A stretch of 23,725 bases of DNA from Octopus sinensis (Eukaryota): the NCBI RefSeq assembly GCF_006345805.1, contig NW_021836565.1:1-23725 (forward strand), in the 5' to 3' direction. Below are positions 1 through 10,206 of this stretch, in pieces; position 1 is the first letter of the stretch, and each line of letters opens with the position of its first letter. The position numbers were made by a program, and so were the translations under genes. The notes beneath the pieces were generated by a model. That model saw nothing but the letters and a program-made list of their open reading frames with translations, did no database searches and was not told the origin of the DNA.

Positions 1-120
1 TGTGTGTGTGTGTGTGTGTGTGTGCGTGCATGTATGCTTGCATCACGTTATGTACATCCTTGTTGTAGGAACGTGCAGTATTCGTAAGTGTTTACATACA
101 TATATATATTTATATATATA

Positions 121-187
<67 letters not shown>

Positions 188-190
188 TAG
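1..190. repeat. (TG)n and (TA)n microsatellites
   Basis: Direct reading: (TG)n at 1-24 and interrupted (TA)n at about 97-189. The overlapping 62-aa ORF is a microsatellite read-through. Confidence 0.95.
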
Positions 191-392
191 AATAAACCAC
201 ATGTGAATCGTTGGTGATGTTCTACCTCCTCCCTTCCTATTCTATTGGACTTTACTCTGTTTCTGAAGAAGATCTTTTCTCGAAACGTTAAATAATTTTT
301 CTTTCCTCCCAGAGCGTCTGCTAATACTTTACATGTACCACGTGTTCACGTTGTTTTGTTTTTTTTGTGTGTGTTTTGGATTTTACAATATA
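191..392 (+). mobile_element. Penelope-like element terminal (pseudo-LTR) fragment, family P1
   Basis: Homologous by eye to 21640-21836 (+) and 2845-3070 (-). Shared motifs are catgtgaa, the hammerhead-like ctgaagaaga..ctcgaaacgtt, gagcgtctgctaat, a T-rich tract and ttggatt followed by (TA)n. PLE assignment is inferred from the hammerhead architecture. Confidence 0.6.
259..293 (+). ncRNA. Degenerate minimal type-I hammerhead ribozyme motif
   Basis: gttt CTGAAGA a gatc-ttt-tctc GAAAC GTT aaat. The CUGANGA core and GAAA are canonical, but stem II has two mismatches relative to the GAGC/GCTC of sister copies. Confidence 0.5.
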
Positions 393-399
393 TATAAAC

Positions 400-735
400 A
401 ATTGCAGCGTGAAAGGTGTTTATAAGCCATTTAAGAAACACGCAGAAACCGTTAGATTCAATTCAACATTTAAAATTTCATTTGCCAAAATATTTTCGTC
501 GCTTTAAAAACCGCGACCTGTTCACTGGCAATATTTCGTGCTGCATCACCGTGAACGGTTGCGGTCTCAAAGCGACGAAAATTTATTTGGCAAATGAAAT
601 TTAAATGTTGAAGTGAATCTAACGGTTTTTGTATGTTCTTACATGGCTTAAAAACCCTTCCACGCTGCAATTATTCGTTCCGCACACGATCTCAGATCAA
701 GTCACTCGCTATGCAAGTACATCTCCGTAACAATA
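400..735. mobile_element. Palindromic non-autonomous element (inverted arms about 400-525 and 551-672, plus a one-sided tail to about 735), probably inverted PLE termini
   Basis: aattgcagcgtg (400-411) is the reverse complement of cacgctgcaatt (661-672), and the arms pair for about 125 bp with scattered mismatches. Each arm carries a hammerhead-like motif. (TA)n flanks both sides. Confidence 0.75.
482..531 (-). ncRNA. Minimal type-I hammerhead ribozyme with G3-C8 compensated core
   Basis: Minus strand: TTGCCA GTGAACA G GTCGC ggtttttaaa GCGAC GAAA ATAT TT TGGCAA. Stem I is a perfect 6 bp, stem II a perfect 5 bp, and the helix III region is palindromic (AAAATATTTT). The core GUGAACA is CUGANGA with C3G plus G8C. 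Confidence 0.7.
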
Positions 736-837
736 TATATATATACACACAATATGTAGATACACACACATGCTCGAGACATACCTACATACATACATAC
801 ATAAATGCATACATATATATAAATATATTATATATTA

Positions 838-871
<34 letters not shown>

Positions 872-901
872 ATTATATATATCTATATTATATATATATA
901 A

Positions 902-1002
902 TATATATGAAAGAAGGTTTGAAAATGCAATTTTAAAAGATGTTATTTACTAGACGGTTAAAAATCCTTTAAAATTGCTTTTCAAACCTTCTTTCATATA
1001 TA
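902..1002. repeat. Hairpin / short inverted repeat embedded in (TA)n
   Basis: tatatgaaagaaggtttgaaaatgcaattttaaaagat pairs with atcctttaaaattgcttttcaaaccttctttcatata around a spacer of about 20 nt. Confidence 0.85.
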
Positions 1003-1057
1003 ATTACACTCGTGTGGTACCTTACAACTCCACTTTGTTATATGTATATATATAATA

Positions 1058-1104
<47 letters not shown>

Positions 1105-1144
1105 ATATATATAATATATATATATATATGTATATATATTGATA

Positions 1145-2672
1145 TGATTGATTGATTCTAGTTTAAGCTTATGAGCTGTGGCCATGCTGGGGGGCACCGC
1201 CATTTGGTGTTGCTACTTGGTTTCATTCATGGAGGCTTTCTAGCAACTGCTATTTGGTGCATGAGAGAGTTCGATGCAGCTGCCCTCATCTGCCCCTCCT
1301 GCCGTGAAGTTGGTTCATCTGGGACACCTGACAGGAAGAGATCCAGCTTCATTTTAAAGACATCTGTATCCACCCCATGCAGGTCTCTCAGGTTCTTCGG
1401 GAGGATATTGAAGAGCTGTGGGCCTCGGAAGCCCAGGCTATCACAGAATCTTGTCCTACATCTTGATGGCAGGTTTGGAGTCCTAGGCACCACGCAGTGG
1501 CGCCCAGTTCTGGCATTTGCGTAACTCTCGATGCCAAAGTTCAGGACACTTCTCCAGGATCTTCCAGATGTATATTATGGCATATCTTTCCCGCCTACGC
1601 TCCAGGGAATATATTTTAATCTCTTGAGTCTTTCCCAGTAGCTTACATTCTGCATAGAGGCTATCTTCTTTGGGTAGCTTCGTTGGATCGCCTCAAGTTC
1701 TGTGATCAACTTGACACTGGATGGTGACCATAGCTGAGAGCAATAGTCAAAGTGGCTTAGGACAAGTGTCTTCCAGAGGACCATCATGGTTTCTTGTTCT
1801 CTTGTTCTAAAGGTTCTAAGAATCCATCCAGCCCAGCCGTCTACATTTCATTGTCAGTTTAGCAACATGTACATGAAAGGTCGCGTCATCACTCATGTGA
1901 ATACCCAGGTCACGCACTGATTGTGCCTCTGGGATTGCAATCCCTCCGGGTCCAGTGTATTCATTGGGTATTGCATTCAGTTTTGCATGCTGATAGTATA
2001 AAGCTTGAAACTTTCCAGCATTGAAATGCATGCTATTCTTTTCAGCCCACTTGTATATTTCGACCAGCTCACATTGCAGGTATTTAGTGTCCTCAGGGTT
2101 CTGTATTGCCTGTGAAACTTTTGTATCATCTGCATAACTTGTGATCGTGGCTCTCTGCGTGGCTGAGGGCATGTCTGAGAGGGCCATTATGAACAGTAGT
2201 GGTCCCAGAACAGTGCCCTGCGGAACACCGCTCACTATTTGTGTGTTAATGGAGGTGGCCCCATTGGCTACTAACCACCTGACTTCTATCCTTCAGAAAG
2301 TCATGAAGCCATTCTCCAGTTTTCCAACTATGTTGAGATCACGCAGTTTGTGACATATCATCCATGATCGACTTTATCAAAGGCCTTTGCAAAGTCGAGA
2401 TATATCACTTCCACATTTGAGTGGTTGAGCAGCCGTTTCAGCACCCAGTCATAGTGTTGTAGGAGCTGAGTTAAACAGCTTCTCCCTGGTCGGAAACCAT
2501 GTTGGGTGTCGGGCAGCAAGTCATTCTCTTCAAGGAAGTTGATCAGCTTCCTTTGACTATTCGTTCCATGACCTTGCTGATGTGTGAGGTCAGAGAGATA
2601 GGTCTATAGTTCTTGGCTTCCGCTCTGCTACCTCCTTTATAAATGGGGCATATTTTACCTTCCTTCAGTTCC
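1145..2672 (-). mobile_element. 5'-truncated CR1-superfamily LINE (RT and C-terminal domain, frameshifted), (AATC)n tail
   Basis: Successive frames give PIYKGGSRAEAKNYRPISLTSHISKVMER, QHGFRPGRSCLTQLL, IYLDFAKAFDKVDH, SGVPQGTVLGPLLF, YADDTK, RDLGI, DYCSQLWSP and GPQLFNILP..FK.KLD.FL..VPDEP. The 3' UTR ends in (AATC)n. (TA)n lies on both sides. Confidence 0.92.
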
Positions 2673-2761
2673 TGATATATATATATATATATATATATAA
2701 TGTATATGTATATATATATATACATATATACATATATATATACATATTAATATATCTATAT

Positions 2762-2837
<76 letters not shown>

Positions 2838-2844
2838 CATATAA

Positions 2845-3360
2845 TTTTAATCCAAACGGGAAAACAAAAAAACAACAACAATGGAACAATTACAGTATTA
2901 TATAATAGGCGCTCAGGAAATGGAGCAGAAAGGTATGACGTTTCGAGCGGAGCTCTCGTCGGAAACATAAAGAAGGAAGAGAGAGGAAAGAAAGATCCCA
3001 AAGCGAGCAACAGGGATAGAGAAAAAAAACGACTGGTGTTTACGAGTTACACATGGTGAAAGGCGGAAGTTTACGATAACAAGAGCAAAGTAGGTTTTTA
3101 AAGGCAAAAGAGTGGAGACAAGGTGGTAACGCAACAGATGTGTGTGTATGTGTGAGTGTGTGCGTGTGTGTGTGTGTGTATGTGTTGTATGTGAGGCGAG
3201 ATAAAAAAACAAAAAATATATGTATGTGTTAGTGTGTGCGTCTGTGTGTAGGCGTGTGAGGTAGGGCGAGACAGTGGTCGCATAGCAGACAATGGTCAGT
3301 AGTAAGAAAAAGAAGGAAGGAGGAAAGGAGGGGGAGGGGAAGGGTGGGGGGCGTATGTAG
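2845..3360 (-). mobile_element. Penelope-like element 3' terminal fragment, family P1
   Basis: The minus strand has a C/T- and CA-rich region, then the hammerhead motif, ttcctgagcg, a T-rich tract and tttggatt abutting (TA)n, as at 191-392 and 21640-21836. Confidence 0.55.
2933..2966 (-). ncRNA. Minimal hammerhead-like motif, U4C core variant
   Basis: Minus strand: gttt CCGACGA GAGC tcc GCTC GAAAC GTC atac. Stem II is perfect, the cleavage triplet is GUC, and stem I pairs 3 of 4. Confidence 0.6.
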
Positions 3361-3409
3361 CGTGCCATATATATATACATATATATATTATACATATATA
3401 TATATATAT

Positions 3410-3451
<42 letters not shown>

Positions 3452-3754
3452 AAGTATTTACTAAAGAAAATGCGCAGAAATTTTACGTTGAAGACTAAAT
3501 ACATACATATGCATAATACATACATAAATATATAATACATACACACATTTAAACTACGAGACGCCATATACATTGTGTGTATTATTTATAGAATGAAACA
3601 TTCAGTATCGACCGGATTCTCTTAAGCTAATCATTATTAAGTATTTAGTGATGTTTAATTTCATACGATAGTTCATTTCCATATTAGGAGGAAGACTTTT
3701 TGTTTACATTTCCACATACACAAGCGTACGCGCGCCTGCATGCATGTATACGTG

Positions 3755-3819
<65 letters not shown>

Positions 3820-3824
<5 letters not shown>

Positions 3825-3900
3825 CGTTGTGCGTGTATGTTTATCTCTGTCTCTGTTATTACATAGCATACATATAACTCTATGTACATCTGTATGTATG

Positions 3901-3931
<31 letters not shown>

Positions 3932-4012
3932 ATTTGTCGTTGTGCGTGTATGTTTATCTCTGTCTCTGTTATTACATAGCATACATATACCTCTATGTAC
4001 ATCTGTATGTGT
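3820..4012. repeat. Tandem duplication of an ~80-bp unit separated by (TA)n
   Basis: ttgtcgttgtgcgtgtatgtttatctctgtctctgttattacatagcatacatata.ctctatgtacatctgtatgt occurs at about 3820-3900 and 3933-4012, nearly identical. Confidence 0.92.
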
Positions 4013-4018
4013 AATATA

Positions 4019-4084
<66 letters not shown>

Positions 4085-4112
4085 TATATATACATATATA
4101 TAATATATATAC

Positions 4113-4156
<44 letters not shown>

Positions 4157-4225
4157 TACATATATATATACATATATATATATATATTATATATAATATA
4201 TATATTACACATATATATAATATAT

Positions 4226-4258
<33 letters not shown>

Positions 4259-4292
4259 GTGTATGTATGTATGTATGTATGTATATATGTAT
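4013..4292. repeat. Long interrupted (TA)n/(TATG)n microsatellite
   Basis: Direct reading. Confidence 0.95.
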
Positions 4293-4711
4293 GCATATAC
4301 CAATATTTGTTTATGGTGTTCTATAAATCTCTGCATATGGTTTTTAGATACGTATATAATTCTGTACTTTATTGATCGTTTTGTCAGATCATATCCGGAT
4401 CTGTATTTCTCTATATGTTAAACAGTCCCCTCTAAAAAGTAAATATTTTAATTTCTCTCTCTCTTTGCGATTGTCCTGTCCGATAGCACTGACCATTTTG
4501 CAATCGAATTCAGCGCAGTTATAATTCTATATTTTACTGGCTGTAAAGTTGTTTAGGTTTGTATTATATTGTTGTAAAATGTAAGACTTTACGATAATTA
4601 TCATTGCAAGTTAACTGTATTTAAAAATATTTATTTTCGCTATATATAAATAAATGTTTTGTATATTTTGGTAGAGACAAGGACAAAAATAAGGATAAGG
4701 ACAAAGATAAC

Positions 4712-4820
4712 AAAAACAAAAATAAAAAAGAGAAGAAAAAGAAAAAAGATAAAAAGAAAAAGAAAAAGAAAAATAAAAAGAAGAAGAAAAAGAAAAATAA
4801 AAAGAAAAAGAAAAAGAAAA
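4712..4820. repeat. Purine-rich (AAAAGA)n-like simple repeat
   Basis: Degenerate aaaaga/aaaata hexamers. They produce the K/R-rich and F-rich spurious ORFs. Confidence 0.85.
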
Positions 4821-5044
4821 ATGGCAAACATAAAAAGAAGGGTCACAAGAACGGCCGACATCGAAAAAAAGAAAAAGATAAAATGGGAGACTCACTGACA
4901 GAATTGTAAAGAAGATAATACGTATACCAGGACAAGATTTAATCTTTCACATAATCCTCACTGAAACACGTGTAATAAATAATGTAATAAACTTATTTGA
5001 GAGCCAACTGTGCTGTTTCGTTTTGTCTTGTGTTTTCTACGTAT

Positions 5045-5672
5045 ATACAAACAATAACTCTGAGCACCTTTTCGAACTCCACCCGTCTAACACCCGTGGA
5101 CATATTTACAAAGTAAGAAAGCAGCACAGCTCCCATGACTTCAGGAAACATTTTTTCACGCTGAGAGTTGCTGAAGCATGGAACAAACTGCCGGCGTCAG
5201 TTGTTAGTTGTCGGAGCACTGCCTCCTTCAAAACTTCCATGCTTCCTGAGATTCGCCAACCCTACACCTGATTTTCTCCCCTCCATACACACGCTGAGGC
5301 ATGGAACAAACTGCCGGCATCAGTTGTTAGTTGTCGGAGCACTGCATCCTTCAAAACTTCCATGCTTCCTGAGATTCGCCAACACTACACCTGATTTTCT
5401 CCCCTCCATACACACGCTGAGTCATGGAACAAACTGCCGGCATCAGTTGTTAGTTGTCGGAGCACTGCATCCTTCAAAACTTCCATGCTTCCTGAGATTT
5501 GCCAACACTACACCTGATTTTCTCCCCTCCATACACACACAAGCATGTATCTGACTCATACCGTGTTCGCTTTCCAGACATTTCTACATTACTGCATGTA
5601 CTTTATATGCACTTTCTGACAAGTTGTGGTGCACCTGAGTACTGTATACAATAATTTCATTATTATTATTAT
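5045..5672 (+). mobile_element. 3' fragment of a second CR1-type LINE with (ATT)n tail
   Basis: The ORF ends TRGHIYKVRKQHSSHDFRKHFFTLRVAEAWNKLPASVVSCRSTASFK, matching the CR1 C-terminal RGH..K...R..FF..RV...WN.LP motif. The 3' UTR ends ttcattattattattat. Confidence 0.88.
5170..5538 (+). repeat. 3 x 123-bp tandem repeat inside the LINE 3' end
   Basis: Units start gctga..catggaacaaactgccgg at 5170, 5293 and 5416, a period of 123. Confidence 0.95.
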
Positions 5673-5899
5673 ACTGTGATATGTATGACTGTTAGAATCC
5701 ATTAGAACGAAAGTTTGACCCTGAGGCAACATTTCATTTCCCCTTCCACCGATCATTCACCTAACACCTCTCGGTATTCAGCATGGTTGCAATAACAGGA
5801 TTCCCTTTCATTCACCTCCGGAAATAAGGGGGCCTACTTTCTCTGCCAGCTTCTATTGCTTTGGGTCTCGAATTCTTTCCCAATATTTCTAAACTCTAA

Positions 5900-6118
5900 G
5901 GGGGCGATCTGGCAGAATCGTTAGCACGCCGGGCAAATGCTTAGCGCTATTTCGTTTGACTTTACATACTGATTTCAAAATCTGCCGAGGCCGACTTTGC
6001 CTTCCATCCTCTCTGGGTCGATAAATTAAGTACCAGTTGCTTACTGGGGTCGATCTAATCGACTGATACCCCTGCCCCAAAATTTCGGGCCTTGTGCCTA
6101 GAGTAGAAAATAATATTT
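5900..6118 (+). mobile_element. tRNA-derived SINE family B (Meta-domain-like), tail type 1
   Basis: Head ggggcgatctggcagaatcgttagc, central gccttccatcct..gggtcgataaattaagtaccag (resembles the MetaSINE domain, from recall), tail cccaaaatttcgggccttgtgcc. TSD aatatttctaa(a/g)ctc at 5882-5896 and 6112-6126. Confidence 0.88.
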
Positions 6119-6492
6119 CTAAGCTCATCTTTTTCTTCTCCACCACTCCCTTTTTTACCTACTCCTTTCTACTTAGCCCACTCACACTGATATCCTCCCG
6201 ACCACCCCAACTCATCACTGCATTACCACTTGCATTCTGTACACAAACACACAAACCCCGCAACCCAACACATTTTCACAACTATCACTACCACACATCC
6301 ATACGCTCACCTCCAACTTACTACCACTGAACGCTTCTACATACACCAACACGTCCACATACAGATAATGTCTTACACTCTCGCGCTAAGACGTATCGAC
6401 CTAGACATACTTGTTCTCTGTTCACGTACACCCATCCGCACAAACACTCATGTAAATGCTTGCACTTAACTTTCACTTGAAATATACATATA

Positions 6493-6655
6493 GGCGCAGG
6501 AGTGGCTGTGCGGTAGGTAGCTTGTTTACCAACCACATGGTTCCGGGTTCAGTCCTACTGCGTGGCACCTTGGGCAAGTGTCTTCTACTATAGCCTCGGG
6601 CCGACCAAAGCCTTGTGAGTGGATTTGGTAGACGGAAACTGAAAGAAGCCCGTCG

Positions 6656-6691
<36 letters not shown>

Positions 6692-6909
6692 ATATATATA
6701 TGCGTGTGTGTCCTCTCCTGGCATTGCTTGACCACCGATGCTGGTGTGTTTATGTCCCCGTTACTTAGCGGTTCGGCAAAAGAGACCGATAGAATAAGTA
6801 CTGGGCTTACAAAAGAATAAGTCCCGGGAACGAGTTGCTCGATTAAAAGCGGTGCTCCAGCATGGCCGCAGTCAAATGACTGAAACAAGTAAAAGAATAA
6901 AAGAATAAA
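6493..6909 (+). mobile_element. tRNA-derived SINE family A with internal (TA)n(TG)n
   Basis: A-box-like gtggctgtgcggta, B-box-like gggttcagtcc, ccttgggcaagtgtctt, an internal microsatellite and the tail gcggtgctccagcatggccgcagtcaaatgactgaaac(aagtaaaaga)n. There are four copies in the window. Confidence 0.92.
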
Positions 6910-7054
6910 CGCATACCTGGGCTAGAATGCACACCCGCTGATATACCCGTTATTTCTACTTTGTGTCCACGGCTCTCTTTAAGCACATCATGTTTGGTTC
7001 GATAATGGCTGAAACCAAGTATCAATCCTTGCCATTGACATGTCAAGCCATCCA

Positions 7055-7440
7055 GTGGTGGAAGCACTCCGTCGGTTACGACGATGAGGGTTCCGGTTGA
7101 TCCGATCAACGGAACAGCCTGCTCGTGAAATTAACGTGTAAGTGGCTGAGCACTCCACAGACACGTGTACCCTTAACGTAGTTCTCGGGGATATTCAGCA
7201 TGACACAGAGAGTGACAAGGCCAGCCCTTTGAAATACAAGTACAACAGAAACAGGAAGTAAGAGTGATAGAAAGTTGTGGTGAAAGAGTACAGCAGGGAT
7301 CACCACCATCCCCTGCCGGAACATCGTGGAGCTTCAGGTGTTTTCGCTCAATAAACACTCACAGCGCCCGGTCTGGGAATCGAAACCGCGATCCTACGAC
7401 CGCGAGTCCGCTGCCCTAACCACTGGGCCATTGCGCCTCC
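7055..7440 (-). mobile_element. tRNA-derived SINE family C
   Basis: Minus-strand head ggaggcgcaatggcccagtggttagggcagcggactcgcggtcgtaggatcgcggtttcgattccc has A and B boxes. TSD caagccatc(c/a)a at 7044-7054 and 7441-7451. Confidence 0.9.
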
Positions 7441-7711
7441 CAAGCCATCAACACAAACACAGACATGCAAACACACACACACACACACACTCCTGTTTCA
7501 ATACTCTCCGTCTTTCCTCACTAACATAGAAAAACGTATGACGCGCTTACAGAAATGTCTATAAACGCACGGTTTTCTGTCCCCTTCTTAATATCACCCC
7601 TTATTTCACCCGCTACGTTTCCTCCGGTCTTCATCACATCTTGCTACACCGTAGCAGTTAGGCTCCACGTCCCTGATTCGTGTTCCTTTGAATAGAATAG
7701 AAAAATTCGAA

Positions 7712-7784
7712 GAATTGCTTTGCTCCACTGATAGAACGCCTGTCATATCTACAGGAAATGTCGGTTCGAATCCCATGGGCGGCC
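7712..7784 (+). pseudogene. Decayed tRNA-like sequence (tRNA pseudogene or old SINE head)
   Basis: A-box-like tgctccactgataga, stem cctgt/acagg with a 7-nt loop and a perfect B box ggttcgaatccc (7763-7774). The acceptor stem is poor. Confidence 0.35.
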
Positions 7785-7904
7785 TTTGACATTTTTATCC
7801 CAAAGAGCTTTTCAACCCAATGTTTAAATTCCGTTAGTTATTGCGAGACCTGGAAGATCCGATCATGTGATTTCACCATTCCTTGAGCTTCTCAAGCCCA
7901 AGGA

Positions 7905-8030
7905 ATTAAGTTAGGATTATTAAGCTAATCAAGTTCTTTATTTCAAATCAAACTAAATAACATCGACGTCAAATTTGGGTGAAATCCGTTGAAATTGGTT
8001 TATATATATATATCTATATATATATATTAT

Positions 8031-8087
<57 letters not shown>

Positions 8088-8163
8088 GCAACACACACAC
8101 ATACACACACGTACGTACGTACACCTATTGCATACATGTTTTTGTACGCTTACATGTTCGTGT
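7905..8163 (+). repeat. Dispersed direct repeat, copy 1 (copy 2 at 10311-10634)
   Basis: attaagttaggattattaagctaatcaagttctttatttcaaa...aaatttggg.gaaa.ccgttgaaatt, then a microsatellite, then atgggcaa...cgtacgtacacctattgcataca...acatgttcgtgt. Confidence 0.9.
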
Positions 8164-8489
8164 ACATCTGCTGATTCTCTCTGCGATTTATACAATCTCG
8201 CTATCGTGGCGATTTATTCATGCATTGATGTCACAAATAGTCAGTGCGCTTATTCAAAAATAATTAGTAGCAACAGCAACACAATATCAAAAGGTCTCTT
8301 TGCTCTATACAGGGCACGGTATATGGCTCAGTATTTTGGCGCATAAATTCTCGAACGAAATAGAAATCAACTAATTTTTCATCTGAAAGCATTTCTATTA
8401 CTTCTGCCATGCCAGAAAGAGAAGAATCGCAGGTCATGGAAGTTAACTTTTGAGGCTCAGTCTCAGGATCAAAGAGAACTTAACATATT

Positions 8490-8684
8490 CCGATTGATCT
8501 TTGAAAATATGTCCAGCAGATTCTGTTGTTTCGTGAGATTTGGTTTTTCGTTAATGAAAACATCTTGCCTTTTATATAAACACATTATATTCTGCTCATT
8601 AATAAATGTCTTTTGTCGCATTCCCTGAATCAGTTCCTAGGTCAGGTATCTATCGTTAGGCATATTTTCTTCTATCCATGCTCT

Positions 8685-8736
<52 letters not shown>

Positions 8737-9530
8737 ACCCCATTATATTTATTTGATTAGTTCTTATCAGCACTTATTAGAGTATCAGCAATTCCACTAT
8801 CTCTCAGCTGGAGAACACCTGGAGCATCACTGTCGAAATCTATTCTCTCCTGAATAATTTATTTATCAAATAACTAAGCTACTTCATATAATATACACTT
8901 AATCTATTCCAATGTAATTTTCGCCATTTCTTTGTCTCTGAGACATGAAAACTACAAAGATTATGTTCATTATAACCCCTAAAATATGAGATAGATGGCC
9001 ATAATTTATATCAACTTTGTATAGAATTATCCTTGAGTACATTGACCCAAGACTTTACTATACTCCAAATTACCTCTTTCACATTAAATGATTTCTGAAA
9101 ATTTTTAATATCTGCACTTTTAAAACAAGTGTCGACAGTTTTTCACATAAATATATTTTTGAATCTGGTTTTCAACGCATGAAGCATGTCTTGCTCTAAA
9201 GGCTAAAGTATTGAAGTATAACTGGTTGGTATACAAGCAACACATACTTTGTCCTTGATTAAAACTTCAGAAAGAGAATGTGTAGCGGTCTTATTAAAAG
9301 TATTTTGCATTCATGAGTTAGTGACATAGATTTACAATGAACCCTGGCTTCATGCACAAACTTCTTTAAAGACCAATCGGTGAAAATATGTGTTTTTAAC
9401 AAAGCTGATATCATAAGTATATAGACTACGTAACCAAAGGGACATACCCCTGCAGTTGCTCACATATACAGAACTACAAATTTAATCAATCATAATTTCT
9501 CCCCAAGCACCTCTTCATAACATTTCGCTC
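8490..9530 (-). pseudogene. pogo/Tigger (DDE_1, jerky-like) transposase fossil
   Basis: Minus-strand fragments IFTDWSLKKFVHE..HCK...KILLI and CIPTSYTSIL*PLEQDMLHALKTRFKK (compare LPPNTTS.LQPLDQGII..LK) plus C-terminal IQERIDFDSDAP..LRDSGIA, an acidic (GAT)n tract and KQQNLLDIFSK. Many stops and frameshifts. Confidence 0.75.
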
Positions 9531-9594
9531 TAAAAGCATAATTACCACTCCACTAAAACCCACATACCCAAGGAGGTGTTTAACAGAGGCTATA

Positions 9595-10177
9595 CAGGTT
9601 GGCCCAAAACGTAGGTTTACAGTATTCGGGTAGGTTTACAGTTACCACGATTTAATTTCAGCTTATGCATTAAGCGCTGCAATGATGTACTTGGTATGGG
9701 TATGGATAGTTCTAGAGAAGCACGCCGTGTGGAATTCTTTGGACTGTGCACAAATGTCATAGCCACTATCATCTCATTTATTCTCAGTCACAGAAGTTTT
9801 AGGGCGTCCAGATTTTGGTGCATTATTCACTGAACTTGTGGTATCAAATTTATTTCTTTTCCGATAAATTGTCGGGCGTGAAGGTGGGGGAGTGTGAAAG
9901 GCTTTTTGTTATGCTTTGCTTACCTGCTCGGCATTTTCAGACTTCCAATGCTGCTTTAGTAGCCACTTTCTTTGTCCTTGATTTAAATTGTTTAACATGG
10001 TTCGCACTTTACAGCACCTGTAAAAAAATTACAAACTGAAAAATGAGCTTGAAAAATGAACTAAATTAGCATAGAATAATGCTTTCACATTATTTTTATA
10101 ATTAAGATCTAAACTGTTAATATGTGAATGCGAAAGAGAGAGTTGAATAACTGTAAACCTACTTTTGGGTCACCCTA
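9595..10177 (-). mobile_element. Internally deleted Tc1/mariner element (N-terminal HTH resembling DUF4817/DD37D-type transposases)
   Basis: TIRs caggttggcccaaaacgtaggtttacagt-attc and gaataactgtaaacctacttttgggtcacccta, with TA at the left. From ATG 9998 on the minus strand: MLNNLNQGQRKWLLKQHWK...PPSRPTIYRKRNKFDTTSSVNNAPKSGRPKTS, then SPKNSTRRASLELSIP. Confidence 0.88.
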
Positions 10178-10206
10178 TGTAAAACCAATAACAACTTCAA
10201 AGTATA

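Noticed and set aside
4611-4898. K/R-rich protamine-like or F-rich ORFs
   Set aside because: They derive from the (AAAAGA)n simple repeat.
5168-5554. 128-aa ORF with three repeats, or a CRISPR-like array
   Set aside because: It is an alternate frame of a triplicated LINE end, with contiguous units, no spacers and no cas genes in a eukaryotic context.
5690-5897. Possible decayed PLE endonuclease C-terminus (HF..P..HS)
   Set aside because: Similarity is too weak to call by eye and needs a translated HMM search.
7365-7440. Functional tRNA gene
   Set aside because: The tRNA-like region continues into a SINE body bounded by a TSD and has no proper acceptor stem or terminator.
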